The notes beneath the pieces were generated by a model. The model ran no database searches, was not told the DNA's origin, and saw nothing but the letters and a program-made list of their open reading frames with translations. From a virus (Duplodnaviria > Caudoviricetes), in the IMG/VR virus record IMGVR_UViG_3300037756_000030, positions 1-43,195 of that record: 43,195 nt of DNA, one strand, 5' to 3'. Shown here in pieces: positions 7,384-16,389 of the stretch. The first letter of the stretch is position 1. Every line of letters begins with the position of its first letter. A program made the position numbers and the translations under genes.

Positions 7384-8330
7384 GCAAACGCACGACCGCA
7401 AAGCAGAAGATCGAGGCGATTGAGGGTGTACACCACGCATGGTGCAATCAAGCTGCTCAACCCCGCGAGGGCTGCAAGCAGTGCTCGTTCCTCTACAGCA
7501 CCTATCCGCTCCGCTACGACGAGACGCCGGACCAGGCGATGGAGCGCTATTTTCCGAAGGCCCAGAATATCCCGCCGAAGGAACCGGAGCCGGGCCTGGT
7601 GATGGTCAAGCGCGGCAGGTCGGTCATCGAAGCCAACGAGCAGATGGAAGAGGCAATCCAGAAGCTCCAATACACGCGGCAGGAAATGGAGGAATTCTTG
7701 CGCGAAGAGAGCGAGACTTTCCGCCGCGTCGTCGTGCGTCGTGGTCACGAGGTCGAGCGGATCGAAGAAGTCAGAACGCGCAAGAGCAAGTACGAACGCC
7801 GCCGGACCGACTACGCCATCGTGCGGACGGAAGAAGGCCAGCGCGAAATCAAGCGGGTCAGGACGACCGCGAGCAAGCTGGAAAAGGATGGACGGCTAAC
7901 TCGCGAGATGATGAACTATGTCCAGATTTTCGCGCGCATCGTGGCGGAAGGCATGGGCATGGCGACCGAAGACGGGCACGACAGCACCAACAAGCTTACC
8001 GCCTCGTATGACGGCTTCTACATGGCTGAATTCCGCTCGCGGACGCTCTCTGATCGCCAGATTGACGGGACATGGCTGCACCAGGAAATGCGCAAGCGCA
8101 TTCCAAGGGAATTCGTCCCGCTATTTGAGCAAGTCCTGAACGAAGAAGTCTCCGGCTATAGCCCTCTCGCCAGAACTCTGTCAGAATTGGGTGAGAAGCT
8201 CGGATACAAGCACAAGCAGTCCAGCGCCAGCGGCGGCACGCAAGTCTATTTCATCGCAGCGCTGATCGCTCATTTCTTGCAGGAAAACGGGATTTATACG
8301 CTAAAACCGCGACAAAGTGACGCAGCTTAA
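7380..8330 (+). CDS. hypothetical protein, possible late-gene regulator
   Basis: Last gene of the early operon; C-terminal HTH-like TLSELGEKLGY; function inferred from position. Confidence 0.45.
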   Translation: MSKRTTAKQKIEAIEGVHHAWCNQAAQPREGCKQCSFLYSTYPLRYDETPDQAMERYFPKAQNIPPKEPEPGLVMVKRGRSVIEANEQMEEAIQKLQYTRQEMEEFLREESETFRRVVVRRGHEVERIEEVRTRKSKYERRRTDYAIVRTEEGQREIKRVRTTASKLEKDGRLTREMMNYVQIFARIVAEGMGMATEDGHDSTNKLTASYDGFYMAEFRSRTLSDRQIDGTWLHQEMRKRIPREFVPLFEQVLNEEVSGYSPLARTLSELGEKLGYKHKQSSASGGTQVYFIAALIAHFLQENGIYTLKPRQSDAA

Positions 8331-8425
8331 GCTATTTTCGCACGAAACGCTTGCTTTGGTGCACGAAAAGTGCCATTTCCTAGCCCCAAGGCGAACTGCG
8401 CCTACTTTACTTTTTGAGGCGCAGG

Positions 8426-9112
8426 ATGGCATTTTTAGACGATGATGTTGAGTTAGATTTTGGCGAAAAAATCATCAGCAATCGCCGCTTCGCAAAAGAG
8501 CTGGGCGTCTTAAACAGAAACGCCAAACCCCCGGCGGATCACCTAGTCCTCAAAGCTCAAGAGCATGGCGGCAAGTTTCTCCATATAATTTCTTCAGATC
8601 TGCATTTGAATTCGATCTTTGCTCGCTGCATTGCGTGCGGCAAGGCTCTTAAGGTAGTCAATTTCGATGCGGATCGAAATGCAGAAGGCTTAGCAACCCG
8701 CCGTAATTTTGTGTTGGAAGCCACATGCCGAGACTGTAAGCAGCGCGAACTGGAAACAGCGGTTGCTGATCATCCGGATTATCGCCCAGAGTTAGACGAG
8801 TATTGGCGAAAGCATTACGTTTCGCTGTGTGCGAACGCCAATACGAGAAGGATACTGGTCTCAATCACCAAAGACGAGATTCTGGAACGCTATTTATCGA
8901 ATGGCGGTAAGTGTGAGGTGACCGGCGTTTTGCTCAAACCTGAGAAGGGAAAGTCCAACAGGTTTGCGCCAAGCGTCGATCGAGTTGATAGTTCAGGAAG
9001 CTACGAAGCTGGAAATATCCAGATCGTAGCGAGGGCCGTCAACATGATGAAAGGCACTATGAGTACAGACGAGTTCTATGAGTGGTGCGATTTGGTCGCC
9101 AAGCGCGACTAA
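8426..9112 (+). CDS. HNH/His-Me finger endonuclease with Zn-ribbon
   Basis: CIAC, CRDC; CEVTG...SVDRVDSSGSYEAGNIQIVARAVNMMK. Confidence 0.75.
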   Translation: MAFLDDDVELDFGEKIISNRRFAKELGVLNRNAKPPADHLVLKAQEHGGKFLHIISSDLHLNSIFARCIACGKALKVVNFDADRNAEGLATRRNFVLEATCRDCKQRELETAVADHPDYRPELDEYWRKHYVSLCANANTRRILVSITKDEILERYLSNGGKCEVTGVLLKPEKGKSNRFAPSVDRVDSSGSYEAGNIQIVARAVNMMKGTMSTDEFYEWCDLVAKRD

Positions 9113-9456
9113 GTCATTCTGTTTTGCCCGCCTTTCCCCAAGGCAACGTCACACCTTCACAAGCAGTCGATTTGATCATCAGCACAGCAAGGTTTGTGAC
9201 CCGATGCCTATTGTGGGAAAACTGGCTCCAGTTGAACGGAAAACGTCAATGACAATTGAATACCGCGTCTCCCCAATTACGATATACAGAGTGTATCGCA
9301 GCCATCGGTGAGTACCAAGGATTGGCGTAAGCCGGTCGCCCGCTCCAGTTTAGCCTCCCGGTCCGACAGCCCCGGACGATAAGCCGGCAAGCTCCTCGGG
9401 TCGCCAGCCAGAGGTCGGTTCAGCCACAATCTGGATCGGCTTCTGGCATCAAGTTC

Positions 9457-9657
9457 ATGTGGGACCATAGGCAGCAAATGAAAGCAGTTCTCCTACTTCT
9501 GGCCTTGTCGCCGATTATAGTTCTAGCGGCAATCGGCATTGCGAACGCGCCTTCGGCTGGCGCAGATTGTGATGCAAGAGGCGGCGTTGTTGTTGCGCGG
9601 GGCTTCGGAACGGCTTGCGTGATGCGCGCTGACTCAAGGAGCTTAACCGATGAGTGA
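9457..9657 (+). CDS. small membrane/secreted protein
   Basis: Hydrophobic N-terminus, C..RGGV...C. Confidence 0.5.
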   Translation: MWDHRQQMKAVLLLLALSPIIVLAAIGIANAPSAGADCDARGGVVVARGFGTACVMRADSRSLTDE

Positions 9658-9723
9658 TAGACGCACAGGCAGTCAAGCTTCTCGCTCCGCCCGTTAGAAA
9701 CATGGAAAACAATCAAAACTATC

Positions 9724-10008
9724 ATGGCTGCCGGAGGTAAGAGGGAAGGTGCCGGACGAAAAAGAGGCGTCCCCAACAAAGTCAACGTCGAGATCAGGGC
9801 AGCAGCTCAACAACACACGGCCAAAGCCATCGCTGTTATTCACGAGCTGATGCTGAATGGCGAAAGCGAACAGGTCCGTCTCGCCGCCGCCAAGGAACTC
9901 ATTGACCGCGGCCACGGCAAAGCCCCGCAATCTGTAGAACATACCGGAGAAGGTGGTGGCCCTATCAAAGCCAGCGTCGAAGTCGCCTTCGTCTCAGCAA
10001 AGGACTAG
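9724..10008 (+). CDS. terS: terminase small subunit
   Basis: GGKREGAGRKRGVPNK N-terminus, RLAAAKELIDRGHGK, EHTGEGGGPI; directly upstream of terL. Confidence 0.85.
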   Translation: MAAGGKREGAGRKRGVPNKVNVEIRAAAQQHTAKAIAVIHELMLNGESEQVRLAAAKELIDRGHGKAPQSVEHTGEGGGPIKASVEVAFVSAKD

Positions 10009-11845
10009 AGTTGAATTCCCCGAGGCGATGCGTGATCTGTTCACGCCGTCCCGGTATAAAGCTTTCCACGGCGGGCGCGGTGGTTCAAAGTCTCACAGCT
10101 TTGCTCAAGCTTTGATCCTGATGGCGGCGCAGAAGCCGTTACGCATTCTATGCTGTCGTGAAACGCAAAAATCAATTCGCGATTCAGTCAAGCGACTTCT
10201 TGACGACAAGATCGCAAGAGCGGGTCTGAAGGACTTCTACGACTCGATTGAGACTGAGATCCGCGGCGCGAATGGCTCGCTCTTCGTTTTTGCTGGCCTG
10301 CGCACCGACCCGGATACGATACGCTCAATTGAAGGTATCGACATTGCATGGGTTGAAGAAGCCCACAATGTCAGCCAAGCTTCACTGAAGGTTTTGATCC
10401 CGACGATCCGCAAGGATGACTCGGAGATCTGGTTTTCATGGAATCCGAGGGACAAGAAAGATCCGGTGGACGCCATGTTCAGGGGTGGAACGCCCCCGCC
10501 CCGGTCGATAATACGCGAAGTGAACTGGGATAGTAACCCCTGGTTTCCGAATGTGCTCCGAGATGAAATGGAGTATGATCGGGGGCGCGATCCGGACAAA
10601 TACGCCCATGTATGGGGCGGTGGCTATGTGGTTCACTCAGAATCCCGCGTCTTCAGGAACTGGAAGATCGGCGAAGAGGAGATACCAGCGGATGCACGGC
10701 CATATTATGGTGGCGACTGGGGGTTTTCTACTGACCCTAGTGTACTGGTCCGGTCTTGGCTTATCGGCCCCAGGAAGCTATACATTGATGCTGAAGCTTA
10801 CCGTGTAGGGTGCGCGATTGACAAGACGCCATTTTTGTTCGGCGGATGCGATGATCCGGCAGTCATTAAGGCGAACACCCAAGCTTACGAAGCACTTACT
10901 GCCGATGAAAAAAGAGAATTCAAGGGCATAAAAGGCGCGAGGGAATGGCCAATCAAGGCTGACTCTGCGAGGCCTGAAACCATCGACTATATGCAGCGTC
11001 ACGGCTACCCGCATATAGTCCCGGCAATTAAAGGTCCGGGCTCAGTTGAAGACGGCGTTGAGTTCCTAAAAAGCTACGACATCACCGTGCATCCGGAATG
11101 CGTGCACGTCATCGATGAACTGACTTACTATTCGTATAAGGTGGACAAGCTCACAGGCGAAGTTTTGCCTGTCCTTGAGGACAAGAAGAATCACACAATC
11201 GACTCCATCCGGTATAGCACAGAGAGCATTCGCATGGCCTTGGTAGGCGACCAGCCGGAGCAGGATTTCCTGTTCGATCCCGCAAAAGTCCAGGTGCTAA
11301 CGGAATGGCCGCAGGTCTATGCTCTGGACATTGACGGCGGCACGGCCTCGGTAATCTGGGGCGCTCACGATCCTCACAGCGACACCGTATATCTATACGG
11401 GGAATATGTTGAGGACAAGGCGAGACTTGAGACTTGGGCAGCCGGAATTCGCAAGCGCGGCCGCAATATACCCGGTATATTCGACATGACGGCCCGGCGG
11501 CGGACCGAAGAGCAGGGCGAACGGATTGTCGAGCAGTTGCTTGACCAGAGCCTTGATATCTACACCAGCGAAGCCGATGTTGAAAGCGCGGCCTCGGAGA
11601 TCAACGCAAGGATAGCGACGCAACAGTTTAAAGTCGCCTCGAACCTCACCAACTGGCTTACACAGTACCGCGCCTATCGCCGTGACGCCAAGGGTGATAT
11701 CGTCGAGGAACGCAACGGGTTGATGCATGCGACGGGCTTGCTGCTGATATCGGGATTGAGCGTTTCCCACGTAGACGAGCGTGTTGCCGACGATGCAATG
11801 GCGGAATGGGGGGACAGTAGCCGGAATCCGGTGACGGGGTATTGA
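9953..11845 (+). CDS. terL: terminase large subunit (PBSX-type) with extra C-terminal nuclease-like domain
   Basis: GGRGGSKS Walker A, WVEEA Walker B, SWNP, GDWGFSTDP, ADSARPE, NHTIDSIRY; GTG start at 9953 or 9956. Confidence 0.95.
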   Translation: MVALSKPASKSPSSQQRTRVEFPEAMRDLFTPSRYKAFHGGRGGSKSHSFAQALILMAAQKPLRILCCRETQKSIRDSVKRLLDDKIARAGLKDFYDSIETEIRGANGSLFVFAGLRTDPDTIRSIEGIDIAWVEEAHNVSQASLKVLIPTIRKDDSEIWFSWNPRDKKDPVDAMFRGGTPPPRSIIREVNWDSNPWFPNVLRDEMEYDRGRDPDKYAHVWGGGYVVHSESRVFRNWKIGEEEIPADARPYYGGDWGFSTDPSVLVRSWLIGPRKLYIDAEAYRVGCAIDKTPFLFGGCDDPAVIKANTQAYEALTADEKREFKGIKGAREWPIKADSARPETIDYMQRHGYPHIVPAIKGPGSVEDGVEFLKSYDITVHPECVHVIDELTYYSYKVDKLTGEVLPVLEDKKNHTIDSIRYSTESIRMALVGDQPEQDFLFDPAKVQVLTEWPQVYALDIDGGTASVIWGAHDPHSDTVYLYGEYVEDKARLETWAAGIRKRGRNIPGIFDMTARRRTEEQGERIVEQLLDQSLDIYTSEADVESAASEINARIATQQFKVASNLTNWLTQYRAYRRDAKGDIVEERNGLMHATGLLLISGLSVSHVDERVADDAMAEWGDSSRNPVTGY

Positions 11846-12174
11846 TGAAAACTGTAACGAACATAGCTGACCATCGCGCAAGCTGGATCAAGGCGCGCCC
11901 GCTGAACTGCGATATCAAACTCAAGGAAGACGAGCGCTGCCCGAACTGCAAGCAGGTTCATTCACGCCCCGGCTATTGTCAGGCGCTTGATCCGATCAAC
12001 GCGAAGCAGTATCCTCATTTGCACCAGTCTCACAAGCCGGTTCTGGTTGAGACTGAGTCTCACGGTGATGAGACTGAGACTGATTTTGAGACCGGTCAGT
12101 CTCAGCCTTGGATAGCTGAAGGAATTTCGCGCGCAACGTATTTCAGGCGTAAGCGCGCCGAGGAAAAGTCATGA
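11842..12174 (+). CDS. small putative DNA-binding protein (Zn motif plus C-terminal HTH)
   Basis: CPNC..H....C; PWIAEGISRATYFRRK. Confidence 0.6.
   Translation: MMKTVTNIADHRASWIKARPLNCDIKLKEDERCPNCKQVHSRPGYCQALDPINAKQYPHLHQSHKPVLVETESHGDETETDFETGQSQPWIAEGISRATYFRRKRAEEKS
12027..12104. repeat. cluster of 7 TGAGAC/GTCTCA hexamers
   Basis: Copies at 12027, 12048, 12057, 12069, 12075, 12087 and 12099, in both orientations. Confidence 0.85.
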
Positions 12175-12434
12175 GCGTCATCACAGAATCGGAAAAGCAG
12201 AAATTAATCTCACAGGCCAAAGCAACGCTTGGTTTGCAGGATGAGGCATTCTGGCGCTGGGAAGGTCTTGTATGGGATATTTTCGACCGCGTTCCGACTG
12301 ACTACAATTGGGGCGAACCGACGAGGCGTGACATCTGCGTATTGATCGATAGAGCGGTTGAATCCGAATTACGCAAACGTGAGGACGAGATCAAGAGGCT
12401 TACGGGTGCGTGCATGCAGGCTGAAAGCGCATAG
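12171..12434 (+). CDS. hypothetical protein
   Basis: ATGA-coupled ORF. Confidence 0.6.
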   Translation: MSVITESEKQKLISQAKATLGLQDEAFWRWEGLVWDIFDRVPTDYNWGEPTRRDICVLIDRAVESELRKREDEIKRLTGACMQAESA

Positions 12435-12440
12435 AGGTAA

Positions 12441-12827
12441 GTGATGGCAAATCCATCAGGGCTGAAGCCCGCTACGATTGAGGCCATGTTCGCGACCATG
12501 ACCGGCAACGACCCAAACCAGAAATGGAAGTTGGACGAACGTACTGGCGAACTTGTTGAAGACAATGAAGCGGGCGGCGACGGCATAGTCCTGACATCAA
12601 CTTCCCATCCGATCTCCGAGGACGCTCTCGAAACCGTTGAGATCGAGATCGACGACTATCAACTCGCATGGAACCACGCTCGGCGTATGGTTGAATTCGC
12701 GCTGTGCCACACGCCGGACATGGATGCTGGCCAGATCATCCGCGGCGTCATGACCTCGATGGGCGGCAAGTTCAATCCCGATACAGTCCGTCAGATGATT
12801 GACGAGCGCCGCGCCGAGGGTAAGTGA
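12441..12827 (+). CDS. hypothetical protein
   Basis: GAGG RBS; C-terminal GVM..MGGKFNP..V resembles a Yqey/GatB-like tail. Confidence 0.55.
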   Translation: MMANPSGLKPATIEAMFATMTGNDPNQKWKLDERTGELVEDNEAGGDGIVLTSTSHPISEDALETVEIEIDDYQLAWNHARRMVEFALCHTPDMDAGQIIRGVMTSMGGKFNPDTVRQMIDERRAEGK

Positions 12828-12965
12828 TGAGCACTCTCCGCTTATATTGGACCCTGATCAAGGGTGTTTGGAACTTACCGCCCGATAAGCAGCGTGCATT
12901 GCAAAAATGCATCCGTGAACTCTGGCGCAAACGCCGCGCCATGAGTGCACAAGACTAGGAACACA

Positions 12966-13139
12966 ATGAGCGACAACCAGAACGAAGCAGCAGATCGTGA
13001 TCTGAAAATCCGTCAAGGCTTGGTAGCCGAGTGTTTCGAGTACGCAGCCAAGCAAGTACGCGACGGCGAAATTGATCCACACACTGCCGCCGAGAGGCTT
13101 ATGCAGTACGTGTCCATGACATTGCCGCGCTTAAACTGA
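12966..13139 (+). CDS. small hypothetical protein
   Basis: AGGA RBS before ATG at 12966. Confidence 0.45.
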   Translation: MSDNQNEAADRDLKIRQGLVAECFEYAAKQVRDGEIDPHTAAERLMQYVSMTLPRLN

Positions 13140-13334
13140 TCTGATTGGCGACACCTGCCAAGGCCTTCCATGGAAAGGCAAGTGGTGTGACAGGGGCAGC
13201 GTTGCTGGAATGCGGCGTGGGTGAGAGAACTGGCCCCAGTCTCCAATAAACTCAAAATCAACAAGCCTCCCCACTCCCATCGACCAAATCCGGGCGAAGG
13301 GCGTTTTCTGCTGTGCCTAATCAAAGGACGCATC

Positions 13335-13580
13335 ATGAACTTAGTACTGCCGATCAACAAGCAGGCGACGAAGATTATCCGTACCGCTCGTTGTGAGACT
13401 TGCAAATACGCCGAGCGCGAGCAGGGGCCGAAGCCGGTCTATAGCTGCCACAAGAATCCGCCGGGCGTCTCGATCCTGCCGACGCAGCACGGGCCGATGC
13501 CTTTTGCCGCTTTCCCGCTGGTTGAAGCCGAGCACTGGTGCGGGGCGCATAAGTTGAAGCTGAACGGAGGTAGCGAATGA
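13335..13580 (+). CDS. small Cys-rich metal-binding phage protein
   Basis: CETCKY...CHKNPP...FP.V....WCG.H; AAGGA RBS. Confidence 0.65.
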   Translation: MNLVLPINKQATKIIRTARCETCKYAEREQGPKPVYSCHKNPPGVSILPTQHGPMPFAAFPLVEAEHWCGAHKLKLNGGSE

Positions 13581-13855
13581 ACGAGTATGTCAGCCCAGGT
13601 TCGCTTTGCAAAGTGCAAGTTCAGATGGATTTGTGTGCGAGCGCTATTGAAGATGTAGCCTGTGAGATGGGCGTTGCTGCATCGGAACTCGTCTTGTTTT
13701 GCCCGAGAGCGTACGCGCCGCAGATGCGTAAGATCGTTGAAGAAACTGGCTGCGCCTTCATTCTCGTCCCCAATGAGATTGTGAAAGATCTCGACCATTG
13801 GGCGGTCCACCATAAAGACCGCCACGAATTCGGCATGTGGTCCGAAGGTGTATAG
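13577..13855 (+). CDS. hypothetical protein
   Basis: GGAG RBS, ATGA overlap. Confidence 0.55.
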   Translation: MNEYVSPGSLCKVQVQMDLCASAIEDVACEMGVAASELVLFCPRAYAPQMRKIVEETGCAFILVPNEIVKDLDHWAVHHKDRHEFGMWSEGV

Positions 13856-13870
13856 AAGGATTTCCCCGAC

Positions 13871-14032
13871 ATGGAAAAGATGACTGAAACCGCGATAAAT
13901 CTCCGCAAGCAGATCGCGATGGGCATGCACGAAGAAATGTACAAGGACGGCGGCAAGATGGAAGCCAAAGCCGGCAAGAAGAAGCCGAAGAAGGCCAAGC
14001 CCATGGGCCGCAAATCAGGCAAGCGCTACTGA
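13871..14032 (+). CDS. small Lys-rich protein (53 aa, below ORF-track cutoff)
   Basis: MEKMTETAINLRKQIAMG...KAGKKKPKKAKPMGRKSGKRY; AAGGA RBS; TGATG overlap with portal. Confidence 0.65.
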   Translation: MEKMTETAINLRKQIAMGMHEEMYKDGGKMEAKAGKKKPKKAKPMGRKSGKRY

Positions 14033-16389
14033 TGGCATTCCTCGATGCTGCCATGACCGGCGCGGCAGGTCAACCCGCGCCGCCGGCGAACGGCCAGCTA
14101 TTCGACGAGATCCTCGCGCTTGAAGGGGAAGGCGTCCAGACCGAGCAGGAGGAGCGCCCCTTCGAACAGCTCGTCAACTGGATAAAGTCGAAGAACATCG
14201 CGGAAGAATTCGACGATACCGAGTTGCAGAAGATCGGCCGTCAGGTTATCCGCGAATTCGATATAGATGACGACAGCCGCAAGGAGTGGATGGAGGAAAA
14301 CCGCGAAGCCTTCAAGCTCGCGATGCAGGTGGCGGAAGAAAAGACCCATCCGTGGCCGCGCGCAAGTAATGTCATCTTCCCGCTGATGACGGTTGCTGCG
14401 GTCCAGTTTGCCGCCAGGGCTTACCCTGCTATAGTTGCCGGACGCAATGTCGTCAAGGGCGTCGTCATCGGGTCTGATGAAGGCACGCCACAGATCGGTC
14501 CTGACGGCACGCCGGTCGTCCAGATGCCGCAAGGGCAGCCCCAAGAGGCGATGCAGGGGCAGATGGGGCAAGGCCAGCCTCAGCCGCCGATGATGCCACA
14601 GGGCCAGCCGGGAGAGGCTGAGCAACCCCAGCAACCGCCACAGCCCGTATGGCAAACCCCGCCCGGCGCAAAGCGCCAGCGTGCCGACAAGATCGCGTCC
14701 CACATGTCGCACCAGCTCCTTGACGAGATGGACGATTGGGAAGAAGATACCGACAAGCTCCTGCATATCCTGCCGATCGCCGGGTGCTGCTTCCGTAAGA
14801 CCTATTTCGATCCGGGCACGGGCCAGAACATTTCCGATCTGGCGATGGCGGAAAACGTCGTCATTAACTACTGGGCCAAGTCGATGACCCGCGCGGCGCG
14901 GATCTCCGAACGCGTCTGGTTCTATCCCCATGAGATCGAAGAAAACGAACGCTCCGGCATCTGGCTGGAAAATGAATATCGACATGCCGTCGAATCTGGC
15001 GATGATGAAGAGAGCCGGATTTCATCCGATGATGACGACGCCCCGCATGAGTTCATCGAACAGCACCGCCGGCTTGACCTCGATGAGGACGGCTATGCGG
15101 AACCCTATATCGTCACGGTTCACCGTGCAACATCCAAGGTGGTGCGGATTGTTGCACGGTATGACCCCGAGGGCGTGAAGATCCGCGGCGACAAGATTGC
15201 CCGCATCGAAGCCGTCGAGTATTATACCAAATACGATTTCATGCCGAATCCGGAAGGCGGGATCTACGGTATCGGTCTCGGCAAGCTGCTGTCACCGCTG
15301 AACCATTCGGTCAACACGATCATCAACCAGTTGATCGATGCCGGCACGCTGGCGAACACGCCGTCCGGCTTTATCGGGCGCGGACTGTCGATGCATTCCG
15401 GCGCCGTCAAGTTCAAGATGGGCCAGTTCACGCCGGTCAATTCGCCCGGCTCCCGCATTCGTGAAGCAATCGTGCCGTTTGAGTTCAAGGAGCCGAGCCA
15501 GGTATTGTTCATGCTGCTCGGCCTTGTCATCGATGCGGCCAAGGATGTGGCATCGATCAAGGATGTCCTGACCGGCGAAACGGTATCCGCCAACATGTCG
15601 CCGACGACGCTGATGGGCATGATCGATCAGGGCTTGCAGGTGTTCGTCGGAATCTACAAGCGCGTGCACCGCGCGCTGAAGAAGGAACTCGACAAGCTTT
15701 ACCGCCTTAACCGTGTCTATCTGGAAGACAATGCCGGATTCGAGAATGGCGGGATCTGGACGCAGATCACCCGCGATGATTATGAACACGGCTCCGGCGT
15801 CCAGCCGATCTCCGACCCGTCGATGGTGTCCAACCAGCAGAAGCTGGCGAGGGCGGAACTCTTGCGCAGCTATACCGGCGACCCGGACATTGATCAGATC
15901 AAGATCAAGCGGCGCACGCTTGAAGCGGCGGATATCGAGGATATCGACGATCTGTTCGTGAAGCAGAAGGGGCCGGACCCGGCAATGGTTGCGATGCAGG
16001 CGCAGATGGAACTGGAGCAGAAGAAAGTCCAGGTCGCCGAAGCCAAGGAAATGCGCGAGGCGCAGCAGTTCGCGATAGAGGAACAGCGCGAGGCGTCGCT
16101 GTCAAGGGCCAAGGAAATCGAGACCTACGCTCGCGCCGTGCACTATCTGGCGCAAGCCGACAAGGCAAGCGCAGATCAGGATATCGGCTGGGCGCGGGAG
16201 CAGCTCAGTTTCCTGAAGCTCCGCATGGAGGGCCTCAACGGGCGGACGGCACAACCGAAACCAAAGACGCAAGGGAACAGGCAACCGCCAATGCCGAACG
16301 CCCGCCTTGCGCCAGATGGGAATTTCTACGTACCCGACGAGACGCGGCCGGGACGGTTCTTGCGCGTGATTGAAGACATGGCTGCCTGA
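14032..16389 (+). CDS. portal protein (podovirus type)
   Basis: 785 aa after terL; DSRKEW, PWPRASNV, VQFAARAYP, INQLIDAGTLAN; Q/P-rich insert; coiled-coil C-terminus. Confidence 0.85.
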   Translation: MAFLDAAMTGAAGQPAPPANGQLFDEILALEGEGVQTEQEERPFEQLVNWIKSKNIAEEFDDTELQKIGRQVIREFDIDDDSRKEWMEENREAFKLAMQVAEEKTHPWPRASNVIFPLMTVAAVQFAARAYPAIVAGRNVVKGVVIGSDEGTPQIGPDGTPVVQMPQGQPQEAMQGQMGQGQPQPPMMPQGQPGEAEQPQQPPQPVWQTPPGAKRQRADKIASHMSHQLLDEMDDWEEDTDKLLHILPIAGCCFRKTYFDPGTGQNISDLAMAENVVINYWAKSMTRAARISERVWFYPHEIEENERSGIWLENEYRHAVESGDDEESRISSDDDDAPHEFIEQHRRLDLDEDGYAEPYIVTVHRATSKVVRIVARYDPEGVKIRGDKIARIEAVEYYTKYDFMPNPEGGIYGIGLGKLLSPLNHSVNTIINQLIDAGTLANTPSGFIGRGLSMHSGAVKFKMGQFTPVNSPGSRIREAIVPFEFKEPSQVLFMLLGLVIDAAKDVASIKDVLTGETVSANMSPTTLMGMIDQGLQVFVGIYKRVHRALKKELDKLYRLNRVYLEDNAGFENGGIWTQITRDDYEHGSGVQPISDPSMVSNQQKLARAELLRSYTGDPDIDQIKIKRRTLEAADIEDIDDLFVKQKGPDPAMVAMQAQMELEQKKVQVAEAKEMREAQQFAIEEQREASLSRAKEIETYARAVHYLAQADKASADQDIGWAREQLSFLKLRMEGLNGRTAQPKPKTQGNRQPPMPNARLAPDGNFYVPDETRPGRFLRVIEDMAA

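Noticed and set aside
9953-10030. Programmed terS-terL frameshift fusion
   Set aside because: An in-frame GTG with a GGAG RBS (9953/9956) explains the overlap; no slippery heptamer seen.
13140-13250. tRNA gene ending in CCA
   Set aside because: No GTTC T-loop or consistent cloverleaf.
14490-14670. Q/P-rich repeats in the portal (also the duplicated QQGMEL.R.RFGLQQQQ at ~31324-31473)
   Set aside because: Low-complexity protein-level repeats common in such virion proteins; no separate DNA-level function evident.
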